Shown in pieces: positions 9,498-17,643 of a stretch of DNA of 64,000 nucleotides (its first letter is position 1; each line of letters starts with the position of its first letter). The DNA is taken from positions 6,379-70,378 of the forward strand of contig JAFQZU010000004.1 of the NCBI GenBank assembly GCA_017405805.1. Reading direction: 5' to 3'. Source of the DNA: Lachnospiraceae bacterium. Lineage in GTDB: Bacteria; Bacillota; Clostridia; Lachnospirales; Lachnospiraceae. The notes beneath the pieces were generated by a model. That model was not told the DNA's origin. It saw only the letters and a program-made list of their open reading frames with translations, and searched no databases. Both the position numbers and the translations under genes were made by a program.

Positions 9498-10943
9498 ATG
9501 AACTTTCCGATTATTCGCCGCGTTCTGGGCATCGTGATCTTATTTATGGGCGCTTTTCTCTTTCTTCCCACGATCGTGGGGCTTTTGTACAGAGAGAGGG
9601 AGGCTTTGGTCTATCTGGTCCTGGCGGTGATCTACCTGCTTTTGGGAACGCTGATCGCGAAGCTTCCCGCAAAAGAAAACACCTTTTACGCCAAAGAGGG
9701 CCTGGTGGTCGTGGCGCTGAGCTGGATCGTGCTCAGTATCCTGGGCGCCATCCCCTTTGTGATCACCAAGGATATTCCTTCCTTTACCGACGCCCTCTTT
9801 GAGACGGTATCGGGCTTTACGACCACGGGATCCAGTATTCTCGAGAACGTGGAAGCACTGTCCCACACCTCTTTGTTCTGGCGGAGCTTTACGCACTGGG
9901 TCGGCGGGATGGGCGTCATCGTCTTTATCCTGGCCCTTCTGCCCATGACCGGCGGCTACAATATGCACCTGATGCGGGCGGAGAGCCCGGGTCCCTCCGT
10001 GGGAAAGCTCGTTCCCAAGATCAAGGAGACGGCCAAGATCCTGTATCAGATCTATTTTGCCATGACGGTGGCGGAGATCGTGCTGCTGATCATCGTGGGG
10101 ATGCCTGTTTTTGACGCCTTCTGCATTGCCTTCGGCAGTGCGGGAACCGGCGGTTTTGGCGTGAGGGCGGACAGCTGCGCGAGCTACACGATGCTGATGC
10201 AGGGCATCATCACGGTCTTCATCATCATGTTCGGCGTGAACTTCAACGCCTACTACTTCCTGCTCGGCAAAAATAAGAAGGAAGCCTTCCGCATGACGGA
10301 AGTCCGCGCCTATCTGGGCATTATCGCGTTCAGTATCATCACGATCACGATCAATATCAGGCACATGTATCCCTCCCTGTTCCGCTCCTTCCACGAGGCG
10401 GCCTTCCAGGTGGGGTCCATTATCACGACCACCGGCTTTGCCACGGCGGATTTCGACCTGTGGCCGCAGTACTCCCGCTGCCTCCTGGTCCTGATCATGT
10501 TCATCGGCGCCTGCGCGGGCAGCACCGGCGGCGGGATCAAGGTGTCCCGCGTCGTGCTCCTTTTCAAGACCATCGGGCAGGAATTCCGGCAGTTCCTGCA
10601 TCCCCGCAGCGTGACCACGGTCGTCATGGACGGCAAAAGCGTTGACAAGCGCACCGTGCGCGGCGTCTGCGTATATCTGGCTGCTTACGTGGCGGTTTTC
10701 GCCATTTCCGTACTGGCCGTCGCGGCCATCGAATCCGGCATGGATCTGGAATCGGTGTTCACCTCGGTGGCTTGTACCTTCAACAACATCGGACCCGGCC
10801 TCTCCATGGTCGGTCCCACGAAGAACTTCTTCTTCATGACGGCTCCGTCAAAATATATCCTGATGTTTGACATGCTGGCAGGAAGACTGGAACTGTACCC
10901 CATGCTGATGCTCTTTGTGCCGTCGGTGTGGAGAAAAAATTGA
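9498..10943 (+). CDS. trkH: Trk potassium uptake membrane subunit
   Basis: SGFTTTGSS, GTGGF, TTTGF, GSTGGGIK, NNIGPG, GRLE pore-loop motifs. Confidence 0.95.
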   Translation: MNFPIIRRVLGIVILFMGAFLFLPTIVGLLYREREALVYLVLAVIYLLLGTLIAKLPAKENTFYAKEGLVVVALSWIVLSILGAIPFVITKDIPSFTDALFETVSGFTTTGSSILENVEALSHTSLFWRSFTHWVGGMGVIVFILALLPMTGGYNMHLMRAESPGPSVGKLVPKIKETAKILYQIYFAMTVAEIVLLIIVGMPVFDAFCIAFGSAGTGGFGVRADSCASYTMLMQGIITVFIIMFGVNFNAYYFLLGKNKKEAFRMTEVRAYLGIIAFSIITITINIRHMYPSLFRSFHEAAFQVGSIITTTGFATADFDLWPQYSRCLLVLIMFIGACAGSTGGGIKVSRVVLLFKTIGQEFRQFLHPRSVTTVVMDGKSVDKRTVRGVCVYLAAYVAVFAISVLAVAAIESGMDLESVFTSVACTFNNIGPGLSMVGPTKNFFFMTAPSKYILMFDMLAGRLELYPMLMLFVPSVWRKN

Positions 10944-10989
10944 GAGAAAGAATTGAGAGAAAGAATAGAGGGATAGAATTGAGGGATAG
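10938..10989. repeat. 4 x 13-bp tandem repeat AAT(T/A)GAG(A/G)GA(A/T)AG
   Basis: aattgagagaaag x2, aatagagggatag, aattgagggatag; includes the trkH stop and the likely GNAT RBS. Confidence 0.85.
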
Positions 10990-10990
10990 A

Positions 10991-11473
10991 GTGGACAGCG
11001 GCATAAACATCCGGAGAGCGCAGGAGAAGGATACCGGCAGGGTGCTGGCGCTTCTGACGCAGGTACTGGAGATCCACGCCGACGCGCGGCCGGATATTTT
11101 CGTGCACGGGACGACCAAGTATTCCGGGGAGGAGCTTCAGGAGATCTTCCGCGACGACACGCGGCCCGTCTACGTAGCTGTTGACGAACGGGACGAGGTG
11201 CTGGGCTATGTCTTCTGCGTGATGCAGGAGCAGCCCGTCTCGGAGAACATGGTACCCTTCCGTTCGGTCTATATCGACGATCTGTGCGTGGACGAGAAGG
11301 CGCGGGGCAGGCATGTCGGAGAGCAGCTTTTTACCTTCGTCAAAGACATGGCCCGCAGGCAGGGGTGCTACGAAGTGAACCTGAATGTTTGGGAAGGGAA
11401 CGATTCGGCGAGGGCCTTCTATGACAGGATGGGGATGAGGGTGATGAAGACGCAGATGGAATACATTCTGTGA
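10991..11473 (+). CDS. GNAT family N-acetyltransferase
   Basis: IDDLCVDEKARGRHVG acetyl-CoA motif, LNVWEGN..A..FY; start uncertain (10928 or 10991). Confidence 0.9.
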   Translation: MDSGINIRRAQEKDTGRVLALLTQVLEIHADARPDIFVHGTTKYSGEELQEIFRDDTRPVYVAVDERDEVLGYVFCVMQEQPVSENMVPFRSVYIDDLCVDEKARGRHVGEQLFTFVKDMARRQGCYEVNLNVWEGNDSARAFYDRMGMRVMKTQMEYIL

Positions 11474-11475
11474 TG

Positions 11476-11679
11476 TGTCAGGAGCCGTATATAAGTACCC
11501 TTGGGCACCTTGGTGCGCTGCAGGGCCGAAGCTGTATATAAGTACCCTTAGGCATCTTGGTGCGTTGCAGGGCCGAAGCCGTATATAAGTACCCTTGGGC
11601 ACGCTCGCCTATACTCGCTCGTTCACGCTCCTATGAGCGTGAAAAGGCCCGGCGGGTTACTAATATACGGCTCCTGCCA
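11476..11679. repeat. Non-coding MITE/REP-like element: 22-bp terminal inverted repeats with internal 47-bp tandem units
   Basis: TGTCAGGAGCCGTATATAAGTA (11476-11497) vs TACTAATATACGGCTCCTGCCA (11658-11679), 2 mismatches; units start at 11484, 11531, 11578 (third partial). Confidence 0.8.
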
Positions 11680-11730
11680 GCGTGTTTTGCATGAGGGCTT
11701 GATATTAGAGAAAATGAGGAGAGAAGAGAT

Positions 11731-12513
11731 ATGTACGCACTCGTCACGGGCGCCAGCGCAGGGATCGGAACGCAGATCGCCAGGTATCTGGCACAGCTCG
11801 GCTATGACCTGGTGCTGACGGCCAGAAGCGAAGACCGCCTGAAAAAGCTGCGCAGAAGGATCCGGCACCAGTGGCCGGAAAGAAATATTCTCGTCATTCC
11901 GGCGGACCTGACCCGGCGGGACGAGTGTCTGCGGCTGTACCGGGAGACCATCGAAAAGGTCGGTGCGGAGAATCTTGACTTTGTGGCAAACAATGCCGGC
12001 ATGGGCGTCTACGGCCGCTTTTTGGAGACCGATCTGGACAGGGAGCTCGCCCTGATCGATCTGAACGTGACGTCGGTCCACATCCTGAGCAAGCTCTTCC
12101 TGAAGACAATGACAGAGAACGGGCACGGCGTCCTTCTGAACGTCGGATCCTGCGCGGGCTTTACGTCAGGCCCCACTTTTTCAAGCTATTACGCCTCCAA
12201 AAACTATGTGGTGCGCCTCACGGAGGCGATCCACGAAGAGCTCAGGCGCGCGAAAAGCCCCGTAAAAGTGTGCTGCCTGTGTCCCGGCCCGGTCGCCACC
12301 TCCTTCAACGACAACGCGGGGGTCAAAGTGTCCGGCAGGCAGATCAGCGCCGCGCAGGCGGCGCAGGAAGGCGTAGACGGAGCACTGAAGGGAAAGATGC
12401 TCGTCATTCCCGGCCTCAAAATGAAGCTTGTTGTGCTGGGGTCGCACCTGCTCGGGGAGCATCTGTCGACCAGGCTCAATTATGCGATTCAGGTGAAGAA
12501 GGGTGGGGAGTGA
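11731..12513 (+). CDS. SDR family NAD(P)-dependent oxidoreductase
   Basis: TGASAGIG, NNAG, YYASK catalytic motif. Confidence 0.93.
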   Translation: MYALVTGASAGIGTQIARYLAQLGYDLVLTARSEDRLKKLRRRIRHQWPERNILVIPADLTRRDECLRLYRETIEKVGAENLDFVANNAGMGVYGRFLETDLDRELALIDLNVTSVHILSKLFLKTMTENGHGVLLNVGSCAGFTSGPTFSSYYASKNYVVRLTEAIHEELRRAKSPVKVCCLCPGPVATSFNDNAGVKVSGRQISAAQAAQEGVDGALKGKMLVIPGLKMKLVVLGSHLLGEHLSTRLNYAIQVKKGGE

Positions 12514-12647
12514 TTTCTGACTGCGCGGCGGTTGTGGACTCGTGGCGGTTTGAAGTGAAATCTGCTAGAAATCAATGAATTGAGATCACATCTGTATCTT
12601 TGGGAGGGGGTGTTTTGCCAGGATCATATTTCCTGGCAGAACCCCTA

Positions 12648-13337
12648 TCAAGCATGCTCCCGCCCCGGCGCAGGCCCGTACGAAAACTGCAGCGCCTCCG
12701 GAATATGATGCGTATCGCCGATATACTTCAATGTCACCTGCCCATCCCGGTCGATCTCCGCACAGCTCACGCTCACATTGCACAGGAGGAAGCGGCGCAT
12801 CCGGTCAGCCGGGATCCCGGAAGCATAGTTGAGGAAGCACTGAATGGCGGTTCCGTGGGAGGCGATCACCACATTCTCGCCGGGATGCTCGCGCGCGATC
12901 CGCAGGACCGCATCGCGCATGCGGAAGTAGACCTGCTGCGTGGATTCGCCGCCGGGCGCCTGCGCCCGGCTTCTGTCCTCATTCCGGACATAGAGGCGGT
13001 AAAATTCGGGGTAAGCTTCCCTGATCTCTTCCCCGGTCATTCCATCCACTTCGCCAAAATCAATCTCGATCACATCCGGTTCCACGATCACCGGCACAGG
13101 TTTCTTTTGGGAGGCAAGACAGTATTCCAGTGTCCTGGCCGCTCTCTTCAGGGGGCTGGTGACGCCCAGATCCAGGGGAATCTCTTTAAAATAGTCTTTC
13201 AGCAGGGCGCCCTGGCGCTCTCCGATTTCGTCCAGCGGGTTGTCTGCCCGGCCCTGATAGCGCAAGTCCTTGTTCCATTCGGTGGTGCCGTGCCGGACCA
13301 GATAGATTGTGCAGATATCGTTTCGTTTGTTATCCAT
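12648..13337 (-). CDS. Histidine phosphatase family protein
   Basis: LVRHGTT, SPLKRA, EIDFG, SHG. Confidence 0.92.
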   Translation of the reverse strand: MDNKRNDICTIYLVRHGTTEWNKDLRYQGRADNPLDEIGERQGALLKDYFKEIPLDLGVTSPLKRAARTLEYCLASQKKPVPVIVEPDVIEIDFGEVDGMTGEEIREAYPEFYRLYVRNEDRSRAQAPGGESTQQVYFRMRDAVLRIAREHPGENVVIASHGTAIQCFLNYASGIPADRMRRFLLCNVSVSCAEIDRDGQVTLKYIGDTHHIPEALQFSYGPAPGREHA

Positions 13338-13521
13338 AGTTTTCCTTTTTTCAGATCACAGAAATCGTTCAACAAAGGCAAGAATGCCATATTCTCTCCT
13401 TATAGTCAAATCGCATGTGATATAATCGGCAGAAAGGGTACAGGGAATAACAGAGAGAGCACAGAGATCAGCACAGGGATTAACAGATCTTCAGACAGCC
13501 GGAAGGAAAGGTGATAACAAA

Positions 13522-14403
13522 ATGGGCAAACCGGAACTCTATATCCAGTCGCACTGCATTAACGCTGAGGGGCCGGTCTGGGACGACCGGACGCAGACCC
13601 TGTATTTTATCGATGTCGAGGCCGGGAGGATCTTTTCTTATAAAGACGGACAGCTCACGCGATGGGACGCGGGCGAGAAGATCGGCTGCGCCGTGCTCAG
13701 GGAGAACGGCGGCATGCTGGCCGGGCTGCAGAGCGGCATCTATGAGGTGGACTTTCCGGACGGGTGGAAGAAACTGCTGACGGATCCGGAGGCGGACCTG
13801 CCGGGAAACCGCTTCAATGACGGGAAAGTGGATCCGCGGGGGAGATTTCTGGCGGGGACGCTGACCATGGCGGCGCCTCCCGGGGAAAAAGGGCCGATGG
13901 CGGCGCTCTACAGGCTGGACAAAAAGGAAAAAGAATGGGAAGCGGTGAAGGTCGTCGACAAGGTGGGGCTGGCTAACGGACTTGCCTGGTCGGCGGACGG
14001 GAAGAGCCTCTTCTTTGTGGATACGGACCGGGGAACCGTGACCAGGTATGACTACGATCCGGAGACCGGTGCGGTCGGCCGGGGAGAGGCCGTGATCCGG
14101 GTGCCGGCGGAGATGGGACATCCCGACGGGATGACCATAGATGAGGAAGGGAAGCTTTGGATCGCCCTGTGGGGCGGGTGCGCCGTGACGCGGTGGGACC
14201 CGGAGACCGGGGAGATGCTGGAGCGGCACGAGGTGCCGGCGCTGTGCGTGTCGTCGTGCTGTTTTGGCGGGCCCGATATGGATACGCTCTTTATTACGAC
14301 GGCCTCGGAGCAGACGGATCTGGAAAAATATCCGCTGGCGGGGAGTGTGTTCCGGATGAAAACGAGTGTGCGGGGCGCGAAGTCCGTGCGGGCGGCGTAC
14401 TGA
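13522..14403 (+). CDS. SMP-30/gluconolactonase/LRE family protein
   Basis: AEGPVWD, NRFNDGKVD, NGLAWS, PDGMTIDEEG, FGGPD. Confidence 0.93.
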   Translation: MGKPELYIQSHCINAEGPVWDDRTQTLYFIDVEAGRIFSYKDGQLTRWDAGEKIGCAVLRENGGMLAGLQSGIYEVDFPDGWKKLLTDPEADLPGNRFNDGKVDPRGRFLAGTLTMAAPPGEKGPMAALYRLDKKEKEWEAVKVVDKVGLANGLAWSADGKSLFFVDTDRGTVTRYDYDPETGAVGRGEAVIRVPAEMGHPDGMTIDEEGKLWIALWGGCAVTRWDPETGEMLERHEVPALCVSSCCFGGPDMDTLFITTASEQTDLEKYPLAGSVFRMKTSVRGAKSVRAAY

Positions 14404-14420
14404 GGGCAGAAAGGCGGCTG

Positions 14421-14503
14421 CTGAAGGCGGCAGACAGCGTACTGAAGGCAGCAGACAGCGTACTGAAGGCAGCAGACAGCGCAATGAAGGCAGCAGGGCA
14501 GCA
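14421..14503. repeat. About 4 x 21-bp tandem repeat CTGAAGGCAGCAGACAGCGTA
   Basis: Copies at 14421, 14442, 14463, degenerate at 14484; lies between convergent genes. Confidence 0.9.
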
Positions 14504-15070
14504 TCACCCCAGTACCAGACTGACGATCACCTCAGCGACGCCGCAGCCCACCATGACCTTAATGGGGCTGATCTTCCATTTGCGCAGGCACAGGAGCGCG
14601 GCCAGGAAGTAGACGACCGTCCGGACGTTGACGTTTCCCGCGGCCGGAGAGACCGTGCCGTCCGCGAAGACTGCCGGAATGAGGATGCGCAGGCCGGCCG
14701 TGAGGATCAGCGCCACTACCGTGGGGCGGAGCGACTGCAGGATGCCCTGCATCAGGCTGAGATCCTTATATTTTTTGTAGAGGTATGCAAGGACGGTGGC
14801 GAAGATGCAGGGGGGCAGTATAAGGCCGGTGGTGGCGCACAGGGCGCCGGGGATGCCGGCGGTGAGATTCCCTACGAAGGTGGCCGCGTTGATGGCAATG
14901 GGGCCGGGCGTCATCTCCGCGATGGTGACAAGGTCGGCAAAATCGGCCCTGGTGAGCCAGCCGTACCGGTCAATGACCTGCGATTCGATGAGGGGCATGG
15001 CCGCGTAGCCTCCGCCAAAACTAAAGGCCCCGATCTGCATAAAAGCGAAAAACAGCTGAAGATAGATCAC
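14504..15070 (-). CDS. Chromate transporter (short-chain CHR subunit)
   Basis: IGAFSFGGGYA, AEMTPGPIAIN. Confidence 0.92.
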   Translation of the reverse strand: MIYLQLFFAFMQIGAFSFGGGYAAMPLIESQVIDRYGWLTRADFADLVTIAEMTPGPIAINAATFVGNLTAGIPGALCATTGLILPPCIFATVLAYLYKKYKDLSLMQGILQSLRPTVVALILTAGLRILIPAVFADGTVSPAAGNVNVRTVVYFLAALLCLRKWKISPIKVMVGCGVAEVIVSLVLG

Positions 15071-15651
15071 GGGGCACCTCCTTCGCGGGGGTGCTTTTTG
15101 GCGTTTATATATGTGCGGACCGCGCCGAAAGCCGCCGTGGCCAGGATGATGTAGACCGCGTTGATCTTCAGGAAGTAATTGGCCACGAAGGCGATGACCA
15201 TCACTGCCATGAGCAGGGCGTCTTTGTTCCTGCGGACGCCGTTCATCATGTCCCAGACGACCGAGATGATGACGGCGCTGACGCCGGCGGTCATGCCGGA
15301 CAGCAGGTGCTGGATATAGTAGTTTGTCTTAAAGGCGCTGTAAAAGAAAGAGATGACGGTCAGGGTCACAAAGGGCGGGATGACTGCGCCGAGTACGGAC
15401 ACGAGGATGCCGGGGACGCCCGCAAGCTTATAGCCGATGACGATGGCGCCGTTGACGGCGATGGGACCGGGAGAGGACTGGGCGATGGCCACCATATCCA
15501 GCATCTCCTCCTCGTCGATCCAGTGCAGTTCATCCACAAACTTTTGCTTGAGAAGTGTTATGATGACGTAGCCCCCGCCAAAAGTAAACGCGCTCAGATA
15601 CAGCGTGGAAAAAAAGAGGCGGCGGAGGATGTGGGATTGATCCTTTTCCAT
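15067..15651 (-). CDS. Chromate transporter (short-chain CHR subunit)
   Basis: SAFTFGGGY, AQSSPGPIAVN; start set at MEKDQ; 4-bp overlap with partner. Confidence 0.9.
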   Translation of the reverse strand: MEKDQSHILRRLFFSTLYLSAFTFGGGYVIITLLKQKFVDELHWIDEEEMLDMVAIAQSSPGPIAVNGAIVIGYKLAGVPGILVSVLGAVIPPFVTLTVISFFYSAFKTNYYIQHLLSGMTAGVSAVIISVVWDMMNGVRRNKDALLMAVMVIAFVANYFLKINAVYIILATAAFGAVRTYINAKKHPREGGAP

Positions 15652-15807
15652 AGGTTTTTTCTTTTTGCGCAGCAAGTGCACCGATAATATGATGATATTA
15701 CAGTGGTTTCCGCAGAAACTGTCGGTTACAATAATAGCATAGACTGAATGGGAAAGACATAAAAATATACAGCACCACTTTTTGCAGTACGGAAAGGAGG
15801 ACATCGT

Positions 15808-17643
15808 GTGAACAGGCTAATGATAGAGGCTCCGCAGAAGGGCCAGAAGGTACTTGAAAGCCTGTACGCGGATATGCAGCGAAGAATCGGCGCGAGCCCT
15901 CTGGGACTCTGTCCCGTGGACATGTCACTGAATTTTCTGCGCATGTGCCACGCACAGACCTGTGGAAAATGCGTCCCCTGCAGGATCGGCCTGCAGCAGC
16001 TCGCCAAAATGCTGGAAGGCGTGCTCGACGGGACGCAGGAAGAGGAGGTGCTCGACAGGATCGAGGTGACAGCCAGAACGATCGTCGACACGGCGGACTG
16101 CGCCATCGGAAAGGAAGCGGCGCAGCTGGTCCTGCGGGGCCTGCAGGGCTTCAGGGACGACTATATTTCCCATATCCGGTACGGAAGATGCAGCTACGGT
16201 CTCGAACTGTCGATCCCCTGTACCGCGGTATGTCCGGCCCACGTGGATGTCCCCGGGTATATCGCCCTGGTCAAAGCCGGGCGCAACGAGGACGCGGTCT
16301 CGCTCATCCGCAAGGACAACCCCTTTGTCTCGGTGTGCGGCTACGTCTGTGAGCACCCCTGCGAGAGCCGCTGCAGACGCATGATCGTGGACGACGCCGT
16401 CAACATCTGCGGGATCAAGCGGTACGCTTCGGATCACGCGGGAGAGACGCCGGCGCCCGTCTGTGAGGCGTCCACCGGCAAAACCGTAGCCGTCATCGGC
16501 GGCGGTCCCGGCGGCCTGACGGCAGCGTATTATCTGGCCCGCATGGGCCACAGGGTGACGGTCTATGACGCGCGCAGGAAGCTGGGCGGCATGCTGCAGT
16601 ACGGCATCCCCCCCTATCGCCTTCCCAAGGACATCCTGCAGCGGGATATCGAGCATATCCTGAGCGCGGGGATCGAGACGAGGATGAAGGTGGAAGTCGG
16701 CACGGACATCACGCTTGACGAGATCAAGTCCAAATACGACGCCGTCTATGTCTCCATCGGCGCCCACGACGACAGAAAGCTCGGCATCGAAGGAGAAAAC
16801 GGAGAGGGCGTCGTGAGTGCGGTCGAGATGCTGCGCGACGTCGGCAAGGGGAGAAATCCCGATATGAAAGGAAAACGGGTCGTGATCGTGGGCGGCGGCA
16901 ACGTCGCCATGGACGCCGCCAGGACGAGCCTTCGTCTGGGCGCCTCCCGTGTCACGCTGGTCTACCGGCGCAGGGTCATGGATATGACCGCGCTCGAGGA
17001 GGAGATCATGGAGGCACAGGCAGAGGGCGTCGAGATGCGCACACTGATGGCGCCGGATCACGTGGAACTGGACAGGGAAGGCTGCGTGGCTGCTTTCTGG
17101 GCACAGCCCCAGATCATCAGCAATGTCGGAAGCGACGGCCGCGCCTCTGTGCGCAAAGCCGACGCGGAGCCTGTGCGGATCCCCTGCGACGAGGTCATCG
17201 TGGCGATCGGCCAGTCCATCCGCACAAAGCCCTTCGAGGAGGGCGGCATGAGGACCGTGCGCGGCAGAATATCCGCCGAGCAGAGCAGCTTTGTTCCCGG
17301 AAGCGGCAATGTTTTTGCCGGAGGCGACGCGGTATCCGGCCCGGCCACGGTCATCCTGGCAGTGGCGGCCGGCAAAGTGGCGGCCTCCAACATCGACGCC
17401 TTTTTGGGGTACAGCCATGTCATCCGCTCGGATGTACAGGTCCCCGAACCCTTCCTCAACTATACGCCTGCCTGCGGCCGCGTGAATCCGTCGGGCAGAG
17501 AGATCGAGCACATCAGCGGTGATTTTGCCCTGGTGACCAAGGGAATGACCCGGGAGGAGGCTATGCAGGAGTGCAGCCGCTGCCTTCGCTGCGATCACTT
17601 CGGCTACGGCATGTTCAGAGGAGGGAGGTGCGAGACGTGGTAA
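15808..17643 (+). CDS. Fe-S/FAD/NAD(P)H oxidoreductase: NuoF-type 4Fe-4S domain fused to a GltD/SudA-like module
   Basis: CGKCVPCRIG...DCAIG; CTAVCPAHVDVP; CGYVCEHPCESRC; GGGPGG; GGGNVAMD...YRRR; GGD; C-terminal CSRCLRC. Confidence 0.88.
   Translation: MNRLMIEAPQKGQKVLESLYADMQRRIGASPLGLCPVDMSLNFLRMCHAQTCGKCVPCRIGLQQLAKMLEGVLDGTQEEEVLDRIEVTARTIVDTADCAIGKEAAQLVLRGLQGFRDDYISHIRYGRCSYGLELSIPCTAVCPAHVDVPGYIALVKAGRNEDAVSLIRKDNPFVSVCGYVCEHPCESRCRRMIVDDAVNICGIKRYASDHAGETPAPVCEASTGKTVAVIGGGPGGLTAAYYLARMGHRVTVYDARRKLGGMLQYGIPPYRLPKDILQRDIEHILSAGIETRMKVEVGTDITLDEIKSKYDAVYVSIGAHDDRKLGIEGENGEGVVSAVEMLRDVGKGRNPDMKGKRVVIVGGGNVAMDAARTSLRLGASRVTLVYRRRVMDMTALEEEIMEAQAEGVEMRTLMAPDHVELDREGCVAAFWAQPQIISNVGSDGRASVRKADAEPVRIPCDEVIVAIGQSIRTKPFEEGGMRTVRGRISAEQSSFVPGSGNVFAGGDAVSGPATVILAVAAGKVAASNIDAFLGYSHVIRSDVQVPEPFLNYTPACGRVNPSGREIEHISGDFALVTKGMTREEAMQECSRCLRCDHFGYGMFRGGRCETW

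Noticed and set aside
11484-11602. 47-bp repeats as a CRISPR array
   Set aside because: Units are contiguous with no unique spacers; no cas genes
14157-14612. ORFs with LKAADSV or AVCCLQY repeats
   Set aside because: Translations of the intergenic 21-bp tandem repeat, overlapping real genes
15652-15807. Rex operator upstream of the hydrogenase operon
   Set aside because: No TTGTGAA-N4-TTCACAA-like palindrome found
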